From assembly GCA_002269645.1 (NCBI GenBank), contig NIVC01003890.1:1-64000 (forward strand): DNA of 64,000 nt, written 5' to 3'. Source of the stretch: Macrostomum lignano (Eukaryota). This document shows, in pieces, positions 1-12,715 of this stretch. How positions within the stretch are numbered: the stretch's first letter is position 1; every line of letters starts with the position of its first letter. The translations under genes were made by a program, and so were the position numbers. The notes below the pieces were generated by a model. That model ran no database searches, was not told the origin of the DNA, and worked only from the letters and a program-made list of their open reading frames with translations.

Positions 1-385
1 ACTGATGGTCGCTGACTGACGGATGATTGCTGACTGGACGGATGGTTGCTGACTGGCGGATGGTTGCTGACTGGATGACTGCTGACTGGATGGTTGTGAC
101 TGGATGGTTGCGACTGGATGATTGCTGACTGGATTGTTGCTGACTGGATGGACGGTTGCTGATGGATGGCTGCTGACTGGACGGATGCTGATGATGGTTG
201 CTGACTGGATGGTTGCTGACTGGATGGATGCTGACTGGCGAATGGTTGTGATGGTTGCTGATGTTTCTGACGATGGATGTTTGCTGACTGGATGGTTGCT
301 GACTGAGATGGTTCTGCTGGATTGTTTGCTGACTGACGGCTGCTGACTGGACGGATGCTGACTGGATGGATAGTTGCTGACTAAA
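1..385. repeat. Degenerate ~15-bp minisatellite (GACTGGATGGTTGCT-like) immediately 3' of the RepHel stop codon
   Basis: Visible periodic repeat; the ORF at 122-346 is its translation. Confidence 0.9.
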
Positions 386-397
386 TAGTTGCCGACT

Positions 398-1019
398 TTA
401 GAATAGCAAGTTAGCGCTATCAGAATTCGCGGATGAGCACATTCTCAGCAAACGCTTTTGCTCATGCAACTGCGTCTGCACTTTTTGTGCAGAAAAAAGG
501 CTCACGAAATTGTTGTAATCGCAACTTGATACTCGCAAATCTGCAAATGCACGAACTCTACTCACCGCAGTATAAAATAATCCAGCTGGAATAGCTTTCC
601 TGCGCCTCCTTTGCTAAACGCCACGTACGCTTTTGGAATTGTAAGTCCTTGGCTCTTGTGAATCGTACTAGCCGCCGCATCGTAAGTGGAAATTGTTGAC
701 GCGACATTGGGCTCCTCCTTTAAACTTTTCATTCGTTACTGACAGAATTGGCACTACACGAATTGCACGATTATCTTGTACAATTGCCCCCATTGCTGGG
801 CCAGAAATTGTCAAATTCAACCCAAATACAATCTGGCCAATCCTTTGGTGATTGCCTTCCAGGAGCGTAGCAAATTCCTCGTACAGTTCCAACTGATCCA
901 TTCACAAGTCCATTGCGTACTGACAGATTTCTAGTTAGCATTACTCGAGCACCAATACACAAATAGAGTCGCTTCTCCAGATTCGTATCCGATTTTTTAT
1001 GTTCCTTCTTTTGCCACAC
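398..1019 (-). pseudogene. Frameshifted C-terminal part of the PIF1 helicase
   Basis: Pieces in different frames: LYLCIGARVMLTRNL...VEFDN; SGPA...VVPI; SRQQFPLT; ASTIHKSQGLTIPKAYV...YTAVSRVR...LLF* (TAA at 400-398). About four frame changes are needed. Confidence 0.8.
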
Positions 1020-4000
1020 AATTTTGCTTCGTCTCCTTTACAAATTGCGTTAATTTGCCGCACAGGATTCAATTCGGAAACCATCTTTCCCAATAGCATG
1101 TAGTTGCGATTTCTCACATCCTCGTTAGTGTGATATAAAAATGTACACCCGCTTTGGAAACCTTCAGGCAAAAGGTCGGGAGCATAGACGCGACAATTGT
1201 TCATCAACGAATTCCAGCAGGCTTCGTCGGCCTTGCCTTCGCGAAGTTTATCCAACAACTGGGCGAATTCCGTATCGTTTGCTTGTCGGACTTGTTCTGT
1301 CAGATGCACAACCTTTTTGAACTCCATGTACAATTTATAGCCTTCAGATTTCAATATATCGTGCTTCTTTTGATTTGGATTGTAAACGTACAGTTGCGTG
1401 TCCAAAACTGGAGGCAATTGAAACACGTCGCCAATTAGGATTACAGATCGACCACCAAAACTCTGTTTACTGTGTTCTGGAAACAATTCGCGCAAACGAG
1501 CATCCACCTTACGGAGTAACCTTTGGCCAAGCATGCTAAATTCGTCAATAAAAATGTAGCGCACATCTTTCCACTGCTCTTGCATCTCCATTAGGGATTT
1601 CTTGCCAACACCAGCACTAAAATTTACATTCAATTTCAAAGCCGAGTGCAAAGTTTCGCCTGCAATATTGAAAGCGGCTACGCCTGTTGATGCCATAATT
1701 CTGCATCTTGATTCTCCAATCAACCGACGCAATGTAGAAATCAAGTAGCTTTTTCCAGTTCCAGCGCTACCATACAAAATTGCTTTGAGAGGCTCCGGCT
1801 TTTCGCCTTGGTTTTCTTCGGCTAGTCTTGAAAGCTGCAAATGACTTTCAATTAGGTTGTACATTTCTCGCTGCCGAACATTAAGCGATTCAACACTGTT
1901 TATCGGCATGTCAGCGACCTCTCTTGCGCCAAGTTTTAGGTCGCTACTTAAAAACGCCTTTGCTTCTCCAACCGTTGGAAACTGGCCGCCACTAGCTGCG
2001 CTCCAGTCAAAATTTTCTGGCGGCTTTGGCAATTGATCTTCTGGACAGGCCAATAGATTTCTCTCGCGATGAAGTGCCCCCACTGCAACCATCCAATCTT
2101 CTTGCTCTTCGTGCTCATAAGTTGGCTGAGCAGCAGATTGCGCATTTGCGTTGGTCATTTCGGGTAGCTCCGCAACTGCTTCGACTTCTTCGTCAGCTTC
2201 GTCGTTGCGCAAATCGTCCAAATTGGGCAGCTGCAGCTCGCATCGATTCTCAGCAGGCATGGCTTCGTACGCTTGCTGCCAGCTTGTGTGCAAACCTTTG
2301 GCTTCTCGCTCATTTCGCCAACAACTGTACAACAAAACCTGCTGCCGATAATAGCCTTCGCGTCTTTCGTCTGATTGCTCATTCGGTCGAAAAAATGGAC
2401 TGATTAGCAAAACTACTTGTTTCGGCCTTTTTGTGCACCTCCCATTAGGGCTGAGACAGTAGTCGGAAAAGAAACGAAACATTGTTACATTTTCCAAATT
2501 CTTTGCACGCTTTGAATACTTGTCGCAACTATTCCTGCAAACACCCTTTTCCTCCACTGCGCGGGTTTCGCCAGTCTGAACAAAAACAAATTCTCGCGAA
2601 CCCTTGTACATTGACGTCTGCAATAGCAAATGCATTGCCTCTTGCGCCGAATAATCACGCGCTCCAACTTGCGCCATCAAGTGTTGTTGTACAACACGCC
2701 TTGCAGTGTTGCTACGCTGAAAATTGTTATCGGCATTCTGTTCTGCATTATCTTCCAACTCCTTATGAAGACGCTTTGTCAGCTCCGCCATATAATCCGA
2801 CTCCTTTTCGCTTTTTGTCGCATACTTGATCAAATAGCGAATCAAATTCTTCACGGACGAAATCATTTGAACATCGACATTGGCTCTCCACATGCACAGC
2901 AACTGCGGACTGTGAGAAATCATTCGCTCGTCGTTGCGCTGCGTCTCAACTTGCCAATTTAAACGGGATACTCGCTTTGCAACAGTCTTTTCCTGCGGCT
3001 CGCGCGGATACTTGAATCGGCACTCTTGTTTGCCTTTTACTGTTCGCAAGCACTTTTTACTGCAAATAGTGTGCCTCTCTGTCAAATGCGAAATTAACTG
3101 CAAATCTTGCTTGTCATTTTCAATCTCTTCCGGTTTCAGTTGAGCTGGATGACCTTGACCTGCTAAACTGCCATTCAAAACTTGATTTCCATAATCCGAT
3201 TCGTCCATGGCCAAATTCCAACTACAGATGTACTTGTCAACAAAGCTCGTCAATTCTTCTGCATTCAATGTATTCGATGTCACATCAACACCATCTGGCA
3301 TCCAAATGCAACCGTGAACGTGTGGACTTCCGCGACTCTGATATTCTATGCGAAACCAATAATCGTTTACTTTCCAGTGCTCGACCAAAAAACGTTTCAA
3401 ACATGTTTCAAATCGCAACCAAAACACAGTGTCTGCCATTCCGGGATCTTTTTGCAACTTTGACAACATTTCTGCTCTTAGTTCTACATTGCTTTCATAT
3501 TGCTCTGCATCGATTCCCCAGGCATGCTGCAACTCTGGCCAATGTACATCTGCTGCCGATAGTGTCACGAAAAAATGAGGAACACCAAGCGTTCGAATCA
3601 TGGCTTCCAATTGCCGTCCTTTACTCTGCCAATAAGCGCTTGTGCCTCGCAAATCTGATGCTCGAACTGACACGCTAGCCAATACTGCCGGGTCATTTAG
3701 TGCTTCAATCATTTCCTTGGCACTTAATCCAGCATACTTGTTGTCGTGTACAAACACGCGACCAACTTCCAGCGCCCTCCAACGCATCACCATATTTTCA
3801 ATGTAAAATTTAAACCGCAAATCGGTACGAAATCTTGGACACCGGAATTGCATCAAATGCTTTGCATAGTCGCCCAAACTTAGTCCAAAATTACGTGGCG
3901 TACTATAATCTCCTGCTCCATCCGGAAAGAGATGAGGATAAGCCAATGTAAAATATCCTTCATCCTGAAATTCGTTTACCGGCTCGTTGCTTCTTGCTGG

Positions 4001-6432
4001 CCATTTCAATTTTTCACTCAAAAATTTGTCTCGTACTGCCGATTCCAATCGACGCAAAGGAGTCTCCAACAGCGAACTAATTGTTTCCTCGAGCTCGTTC
4101 GTCTCGTCCGCATTTTTTTCTACTTGTTGCTGCAATCGCTCAGCTCTGGCTGAGCCGCCTTCTTGCTGTGCCGCCTCGAAATTCACTTCATTGTCAGACT
4201 GCATTTCGACAATCATACCTTCTACTTGATGAGCATAACCATCTTCAGGCAGATGTAGCAACGCATCATTATTCATTGAAACCTGATACTGTCTAAAGTA
4301 CTTGTTGTTTGCCATTAAATAGCGCATCGCATTAGTCACTTTGTCGCGTCGAACTCGCAAATTGTTCATTGTGCCGCTTTGCGCTTCTCCAGGCTGAACA
4401 CGGGCTCTTTCGTCGTACATTAAAACAACTGGCAGAGATCGTCTTGGCAGCTCTCGCAAAACGTGCGACTGATCTTGAGGCAACATGATTCCGTGTCCTC
4501 TCGATTTTGTTTGCTTTTGGGGAAAAATTTGTACCACAACAATAACCGACAAAACTGGCGAAATCAACATTTGCTCTGCTACACTCAAATCTTGCAAATC
4601 TTCTGGCTGCTCCAACATCGGAATCGCATTGTTTTCTTGGCTAAACGATTTCGGCTCATTGTCATCTCTGAAACAACGATCGCACATGTCTTCAGAATCG
4701 ATGCTAAAATATTTTCCAGGAAACTTTTCCCTACACACGTAGCACTGTTTCAAATGTGATACTTTTGTTATGTTTTCATTGAAAAAGTCTTGCCTCATCT
4801 TTTTGAACTGGTCTGTGAACGGATTGCGAAGGCACTTTGGCAGATTAGGATCTCCGATTTCATCTTCAACAATTGGAGCATCTTGAGCGCTCTCTTCTGA
4901 AGTGCTGCTCTGCGGAACATTTTCTTTAGCTGGCTGCTGCTCCATTGTAGGCCGCTTTCTGGGTGACGAACGGATCGCTTCATCAGGCTTCTCCTGAGTA
5001 GCACGTGTCTTTCGTGGTGATGAATACGTAGAAGTAGCTGGAATATTATCAGACTGACGTTTATCTTGCTGCTCCTGCTGCAAAGGTGCCGTCTTCCTAG
5101 GCGACGATCGAACGGGTTCGCAGATATGATTTTCTGCGTTTGTCAATCTCTGTTTCCGTGGTAAAGAATTTGCATAGTTGACCACTTGCTGCTGGTTTTT
5201 CAAACGCTCGCTGCGACGAGTAGGAGCACTTGGTACAACGTCGCTCTTCTTTTCTCGACCTCTTCCTTTTTCCAAATGGCAAGAAACGCTTGAAACCGCC
5301 GAAACTGAGTCGCCACAACCGATGCAACTGCAACATGGTGCTCTCCGAGTGCGACTGCTTCTTCTCAATAAGCTCTGACCAGATACACTAGAGGCTGCAA
5401 CAGACACAGACTCTAATGTGTTTGCTTTAGCGCTCAGTCGACTACTCCGACGCGTAGCGCAACTTGCCTTCCCAACATCCTTTTTACGCCGACTGCGCCG
5501 CGGAACATTTGATGGCACGGACTCTGACACACGATCACTTTTAACTGACTCTGACACATGCTCAATTTCAACTGACTCTGCGCTATCCTCCGCGTCAAGA
5601 TCGACATTCCAATTCCAGACAGAGTTGTTCCGATCCCGAAGCACTTCATATGAATTCGGATGCGCAAACAAACTCGTATTATTTTCCAAGGACTTTGCTT
5701 GATTTCTACAACGTCCCTTCCAATGCCTACTTTGAACTCGGGTCCAGTCTGCAACCTTTTCAAAAGGCGTCATTGGTGGAGCTGGAGGTGGCATCATTAC
5801 AACAGGATCTTCGACAACATGAACATTCTCGTTGAGAGGGGGCATTTCCACATTCTTGGCGCTCAAATCTCCTTGGCCAGTCGGCCGAACTGAGCTTGCT
5901 TCATTAACTTCCAAATCATTGACACGAACGATTTCGTAGTGTTGACTACCAGGATTAAACAACAATCGAATAGTAGCCAAACGTTCTCCAATATTCGGTC
6001 GGGAATAATGGCCAGGCCGCGCTAGATTAAGCATGTTTGACTGATAAATAAACACTTCTAGCCGCAACAGTTCACCAATTAGTTCTGGAACTCCGCATGG
6101 CACGTACATACGGGGACGCCTTGTATCGTCGCGCACTTTTTCCCAATTCAGTCCTGTTTGCATAATTCTTTCCTGATTATTGACATCGCGATGCACCCAT
6201 TGCTCGAATTCTGCAGCAACCGCATCTCGAAAATCTTCTACGCTTAGCGATTGATAGGCGGAAAAACCTGGCAGTTCTTGTAATTGTCTCAATATGGCCG
6301 TGAAAAAACAGTTGCCGTCACCTCGTACATTCTCAACGCGACACGAAGAAAAAGGAACCCATACAGGTTGGACTTGTACAGCAGCAGTTACATGACCTTC
6401 GGCAAAATCCATTGCAGTAGCACCTGTTTCAT
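941..6432 (-). CDS. Helitron RepHel main exon: OTU-like cysteine protease, Zn-finger-like CxxC pairs, HUH Rep, PIF1 helicase (N-terminal part)
   Basis: 1835-aa ORF; OTU VRGDGNCFF...QHYEIV; acceptor TTTTACAG before 6432 is in phase with the upstream exon. Confidence 0.9.
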
Positions 6433-6617
6433 CTGTAAAAGAATACAACTCTTAAACAGTGAGGTATGATAATTTTAAGGAATTGAGCATTAATTGTATT
6501 TTGCACAAGTCGTAAACACTAAAATCTAATTTTCAATATTCGCAAGCAAAGTCAGATGTAAGAAAGAAAATTAACTTGTACTATGCATAGAAATTCAATA
6601 AAAAATAAAACTCTCAC

Positions 6618-7847
6618 CAGCACTCAAGTAGCCTATAAGTTGCTCATTGTAAGCAGCACCAGAATTGGGCACTTCAGCATCACCTTCGACCACGGGGTAT
6701 TCCGAAGCAGCCAGAGCGTCGGCCAGAGCAGCATCATGTTCAGCTAGCAGGGCAGCCAGACCAGCCTCGTCCAGCTTAATCACAGACTCAGTTTTAGCAG
6801 CAGCATCAGCAGAAGCACCAGCTTTAGTCCCAGCAGCGGCAATAGAAGAGGCAGCAGCAGCTTCCGGTTGTACATCTGGCTCTTGAATCTGTTCTTCGCC
6901 AGCAGTTAAATCACCGACAGCAGCAACTTTAATATTATTCTTGGAGCGGCTCCAGTTTTTCTTCTTCGGCCGTCCGCACTTTTTCGCACCTGTTTAAAGT
7001 CACAGTAAAAAAGAAATTTATAAATCTACCTATATATATATATATATATATATGTCTGTCCATCTATTTCGCTCTAGAGCGTGCCATTCTTGATCAATTT
7101 TGATAGCGTTTTTTCTAAACTATTGCAGATTTTGCACTGATTATACAGTGGTCAAAATTTCTTAAATCTGCTCAAATTCTAAGGGTGTTAAACATTCGAA
7201 AATAGAGTTTCTATAATTATTTTAATGATCTGTCAAACAAGGTCAGATTCCAATTGAATTTATTCCCTTTGTCGAAACTATTCAGTCGAAACTACTCAGT
7301 CGAAACTATTGAGTTCACACTATTCAGTCAAAACTACTCAGTCAAGATTATTAAGTCTAAACTATTCAGTTGTAACTATTCAGTTGAAATTATTCTGTCT
7401 GTCAAAACTATTCAGGCGAAACTATTCAATCTAAACTATTGAGTGTGAACTATTGATTTGAGCTGCGTCAGTTAAGAGTTTGAAAAATTCACATTTTTAG
7501 ACATCTGAAAAACACTTTTTTACAGAATTACCTGTGAACTATTCAGTGTGAGTTATAGTGTGAACAATTGAGATTTATTGTTTGGTAAATAAATTGTGTA
7601 GTGCAGGAACTTTTTAGTTTGTCTGTTGCCCAAATGGGCAGCCAAGAATGCTAGTAAAAGCTGGTTTCCTAAGGTGTGAATATTAATAATAAAGGTAGGA
7701 TTGCTTTGAAACTATTCCTGAAAGTAGCACCTATCACCTGCAAGTTGCAACAAATGTACAAAACTTACTATTGGCAGCAACAGAAGAAGCACTTGTATCC
7801 TTGTTAATGCTAGTGTTGTCCTTGATGCTGTTTTTGTCGTTGCCCAT
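6618..7847 (-). CDS. Two upstream coding exons of RepHel (7847-7769 and 6989-6618)
   Basis: ATG at 7847 (MGNDKNSIKD...); donor A|GTAAGT; acceptor AAACAG|GT; donor G|GTGAGA; both introns phase 1, joining in frame to the 6432 exon; includes KKCGRPKKK. Confidence 0.7.
7255..7450. repeat. Degenerate ~14-bp minisatellite (AACTATTCAGTCGA) in RepHel intron 1
   Basis: Visible periodicity. Confidence 0.7.
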
Positions 7848-9342
7848 CCTGTCTAAATAAACATGTTAGTAAATATTTCAGAATGATAAAGAAACTAATT
7901 AGCTAAACACAGAAAACATGCTACTCTTTACCAAGTTAACTCAACTCTTTTCTGGTGGCAAATTTAGTTAAACTACGAACACTAGCACTGCTACTGGATT
8001 GTGGATTAATATGCTGCAGCATAATATACTGGCATATAGGCGGTGTGTGCCATGTAGTTTTTGTGCTTTCAACATTTTTTCTTGGATTTAGTGCATATTT
8101 TCTAGAGTTTTTTCAGGCATATTCCATGTTTTTGTACATGCTTCTAGGAATTCTATATCAGCAAAAAAACATCCCTTGGTAAAAATTCACCATAAACTAA
8201 GTGTCTAGCACTTTCAAGCATTGCTTGATATAAGGAGCATTGGCATGTATATATTGTCTAGCAAAAATGCTAAATTTATAATAAATTGAGCAGAATTTAT
8301 AAAAAGTGTCCACAAACTTCTACCATTAAGCAGAGTACTACAGATATTTGTACTATGCTAAACATATGAAGAAATAAAAAGAATACTTACTTCAAAACTA
8401 AAGTCTTAAGTCAAAATTATGCAAACAAAAGGAAAATTCAAGTTAAATTTGACTGATAACTACAAAATAAAATGTGAAAGGATGAGTACTTTTAAAAGAT
8501 ATATGTAAATATGACTATAATTTATAAAAATATGGAGCAAAAAGCAAAGCAGAGAAAAAAAACGTAAATATTTGGCAGAATACAATTAATTAGCTATAAA
8601 ATAATATTAAAGTACTATACTTCAGTTATATTTCAAATAAAATTTGAAGCTTACACTTACAGTGTAAAACTGATAACAATTGAATATATTACAATTAAAA
8701 CTTGTACTTGTAGAATATAATATATTGTACAATAATTATATATAATGTAGTAGGATACGAATAAATAGCGTAACAAAACCGAATATTATAGCTACAGATT
8801 GAAGCTTGAAAATATTTCAGATTTAGATAGCGTTTGCTTAGATAAGTTGCTTTGAAAATTTGGGGTCAAATTTGTCCTACAGCAATAAACTACTGTTAAC
8901 ATAACCGATTTAAATTTAAATTTTTGTAGAAATTATAAGGAACAGAACGACTGAAATGTACAGTTTAATTATTTCAAAATTAAATAATTTCGAATTCTAT
9001 TTTACCTTATTGCTTTCTTCAATTAAATTTTGTTATACAATTTATAAAATGCCTATTTTCAAAATATACCTCAAAAAGTAAGTTCAACAGCTTTAAAAAT
9101 GCGCACGTTTTTACACTTCACGGCTCCAAAAAGTCACCATAGAAGATTTTTGCAGGACGCAAGACTTTTTACGTTACAAAATAGCACTTTTATGTGCATT
9201 TTTTATTCAGTTTCAAAAGGCTTTTTAGTTACCTATTTGGTATTTTTTGTTTTAAAGATTTTTGCGAAATCAGGTCATTTTAACTTGTTACGAAACTGTG
9301 GACCCACACTTTTACGCAACGCAATGCGCATGATGTCATCTT

Positions 9343-10400
9343 AAAGCACTTGCTAAATGCTATTTATTGACACTACACTGAAGGCCTGGCGTAGGATAGT
9401 TAATAAATGGCAGCGTGAAATATAGCAAAAAAACGCATAGTACCGGAACCTCGTAATTCGGTAAAATGTTAATAGCGTCAAAATACGAATTTTCGCACAC
9501 TAACGAAGATGGCAGTCATCTGTACGTGTTTACTGGGCACAATAGTGCTCTTGGAAGCTAAGAACCTCATAGCGAAAATTAATATATTTTCCGCCCTATG
9601 TAGTGCTCAAATGGGTTGTTTTTGCACAAAATCACGTTTTTCGATTTTGAGAGTCAATTAAAAATTTTTTTTGCAACTGACAGACGTGAATGTCACTTTT
9701 TCTGAGAGTATTCATCTAGATGTTTCTAATAAGTACTAATATGGGTCATTCTTATGCTTCACCTATCCTTAGTATAGGTACAAAGTCATTATTTCATTTC
9801 CAGCAAGTCACGTGACCTGGCCTGAGGTGTACAACGCATCGTGCAATGCCAGCGAACATACACTCAAATTAAAGCACTTTTTAAATGCTAACTATTGACA
9901 CCACACTGAAGGCCTGGCGTAGCATCGTTAATAAATGGCAGCGTGAAATATAGCAAAAAAACGCATAACACCGGAACCTCGTAATTCGGTAAATGTTATT
10001 AGCGTAAAAATACGAATTTTCGCACACTAACGAAGATAGCAGTCATCTGTACGTGTTTACTGGGCACAATAGTGCTCTTGGAAGCTAAGAACCTCATAGC
10101 GAAAATCAATAAATTTTTCACCCTATGTGTGCTCATATAGGTTGTTTTTGCACAAAATCACGTTTTTCGATTTTAAAAGTCAATTATAACAAAATTTTGC
10201 AACTGACAGACGTGAATATCATTTTTTCTGACAGTAGTCATCTAGGTGTTTCTAATAAGTACAAATTTTGGTTCATTCTTACGCTTCACCTATCCTTAGT
10301 ATAGGTACAAAGTCATTATTTCATTTCCAGCAAGTCACGTGACCTGACCTGAGGTGTACAACGCATCGTGCAATGACAGCGAACATACATTCAAATTAAA
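9343..10400. repeat. Diverged tandem duplication, unit ~530 bp
   Basis: 9343 AAAGCACT...CACTGAAGGCCTGGCGTAG recurs at 9871 with scattered differences. Confidence 0.85.
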
Positions 10401-12715
10401 GTACATCTAAAATGTAGTTCAATGACACCAAGCGCGTCGCGCTCCGGTAATCCGCTCAAAAGTTACAGGCTAAAAAGTATGTTCGATATGCAAGCCCCCC
10501 GTACCGTCGTTAAAGTACATTTCTGTACCGGCAGCGACTTCAATAAACTAAGACGAAATTTCAAAATATACATATTGTGCGCAATTTAGTTGTGCACCTT
10601 GCCTAAAAAGTCTGATTTTCCTAGCATGTCGTCGTTTCTTATTTTTTGTACATTTGTATCATGAAAAATACATAAAAATAGCCTAAATCACGTTTATCGA
10701 CTTTAGCAGTGTATGGCTCAGAGTCAGTGCAACGAAACGGCTCAAAATGTATTATAAACATGTAGATCTTACCTAAATGACCGCATTCATGTACTTTTTA
10801 GAGTCTCGCAACAAGGTTGAATTTCCTTTATTTCGGTTCGAATACCTACCCGTCGAATATTCGAATGTAATTAACAGGTGCGAATGTACAGTTAAAGTGA
10901 GTATCTTGGTTAAAGTCGTGCGTCATGTAAGAGTCCCAGGTGCCATTGTTAGAATGACGCAGCTCAAAGGTCGCGCTGACGCGCGACCTTTGAGCTGCGT
11001 CAGTTGAAAGTTGATAAAAATGCGCATTTTTTGACACTTAAAAAACACACTTTTACAGAATTACCTATCAAGGTAAGCATTTAGCGGAAAATAACCAATC
11101 AGTGTCTTGAAGGTCTGAAAATTCGCCAAAAGTTGGGTTCAATCAATTTTTGACTCCATATTGTGAATCCTTATTTTTTGAGATTCAAGATTTGGACGGG
11201 TCTAAAAAAAGTCACTTTTTTGTTGCCATGGCAACCAAGACGCGTTGCTATGGAACTTTCACGTCACACATCTTGTAGCCCTAAATGTTTTACGTCCATA
11301 GAGGGGTCACACATGGTTTCATCTCAAGTGGTTTTAACTCTGCATCAATTTTATTTTCTAAAACGTTGATTTTACGTTGGGGGAGTCTCCGGGACATCTT
11401 ATCTCGGTCTCGTTTGTCCGAAAAAATTGCCAATTGCAAAAAAAAAAATATGGAACTTTCACGTCACACATCTTGTAGCCCTAAATGTTTTACGTCCATA
11501 GAGGGGTCACACATGGTTTCATCTCAAGTGGTTTTACGTGGTGTAGCAAGTGGTGTAGCAAGTCACGTGACCTGACCTGAGGTGTACAACGCATCGTGCA
11601 ATGACAGCGAACATACATTCAAATTAAAGTACATCTAAAATGTAGTTCAATGATACCAAGCGCGTCGCGCTCCGGTAATCCGCTCAAAAGTTACAGGCTA
11701 AAAAGTATGTTCGATATGCAAGCCCCCCGTACCGTCGTTAAAGTACATTTCTGTACCGGCAGCGACTTCAATAAACTAAGACGAAATTTCAAAATATACA
11801 TATTGTGCGCAATTTAGTTGTGCACCTTGCCTAAAAAGTCTGATTTTCCTAGCATGTCGTCGTTTCTTATTTTTTGTACATTTGTATCATGAAAAATACA
11901 TAAAAATAGCCTAAATCACGTTTATCGACTTTAGCAGTGTATGGCTCAGAGTCAGTGCAACGAAACGGCTCAAAATGTATTATAAACATGTAGATCTTAC
12001 CTAAATGACCGCATTCATGTACTTTTTAGAGTCTCGCAACAAGGTTGAATTTCCTTTATTTCGGTTCGAATACCTACCCGTCGAATATTCGAATGTAATT
12101 AACAGGTGCGAATGTACAGTTAAAGTGAGTATCTTGGTTAAAGTCGTGCGTCATGTAAGAGTCCCAGGTGCCATTGTTAGAATGACGCAGCTCAAAGGTC
12201 GCGCTGACGCGCGACCTTTGAGCTGCGTCAGTTGAAAGTTGATAAAAATGCGCATTTTTTGACACTTAAAAAACACACTTTTACAGAATTACCTATCAAG
12301 GTAAGCATTTAGCGGAAAATAACCAATCAGTGTCTTGAAGGTCTGAAAATTCGCCAAAAGTTGGGTTCAATCAATTTTTGACTCCATATTGTGAATCCTT
12401 ATTTTTTGAGATTCAAGATTTGGACGGGTCTAAAAAAAGTCACTTTTTTGTTGCCATGGCAACCAAGACGCGTTGCTATGGAACTTTCACGTCACACATC
12501 TTGTAGCCCTAAATGTTTTACGTCCATAGAGGGGTCACACATGGTTTCATCTCAAGTGGTTTTAACTCTGCATCAATTTTATTTTCTAAAACGTTGATTT
12601 TACGTTGGGGGAGTCTCCGGGACATCTTATCTCGGTCTCGTTTGTCCGAAAAAATTGCCAACGAGGAGCTACGCTCGCTTCGCTCGCTTCGCTCCTCGTT
12701 GGCAATTTTTCCGGA
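10332..12715. mobile_element. Near-identical 1228-bp tandem duplication of a hairpin-bearing, probably non-autonomous element
   Basis: Identical ORFs offset by 1228 (10777/12005, 11163/12391); 22-bp-arm hairpins at 10955-11002 and 12183-12230; 25-bp-arm palindrome at 12645-12715. Confidence 0.7.

Larger units (their letters stand above)
398..7853 (-). mobile_element. Helitron-like rolling-circle transposon (OTU-Rep-PIF1 type; termini not resolved)
   Basis: Rep motifs PHFFVTLSAADVHWPEL, RIEYQSRGSPHVHG (HUH) and RYLIKYATK (Y2); PIF1 motifs GSAGTGKS, FIDEFSM, GDVFQLPPV, GARVMLTRNL, TIHKSQGLT, YTAVSRV. No convincing TC/CTRR ends identified. Confidence 0.88.
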
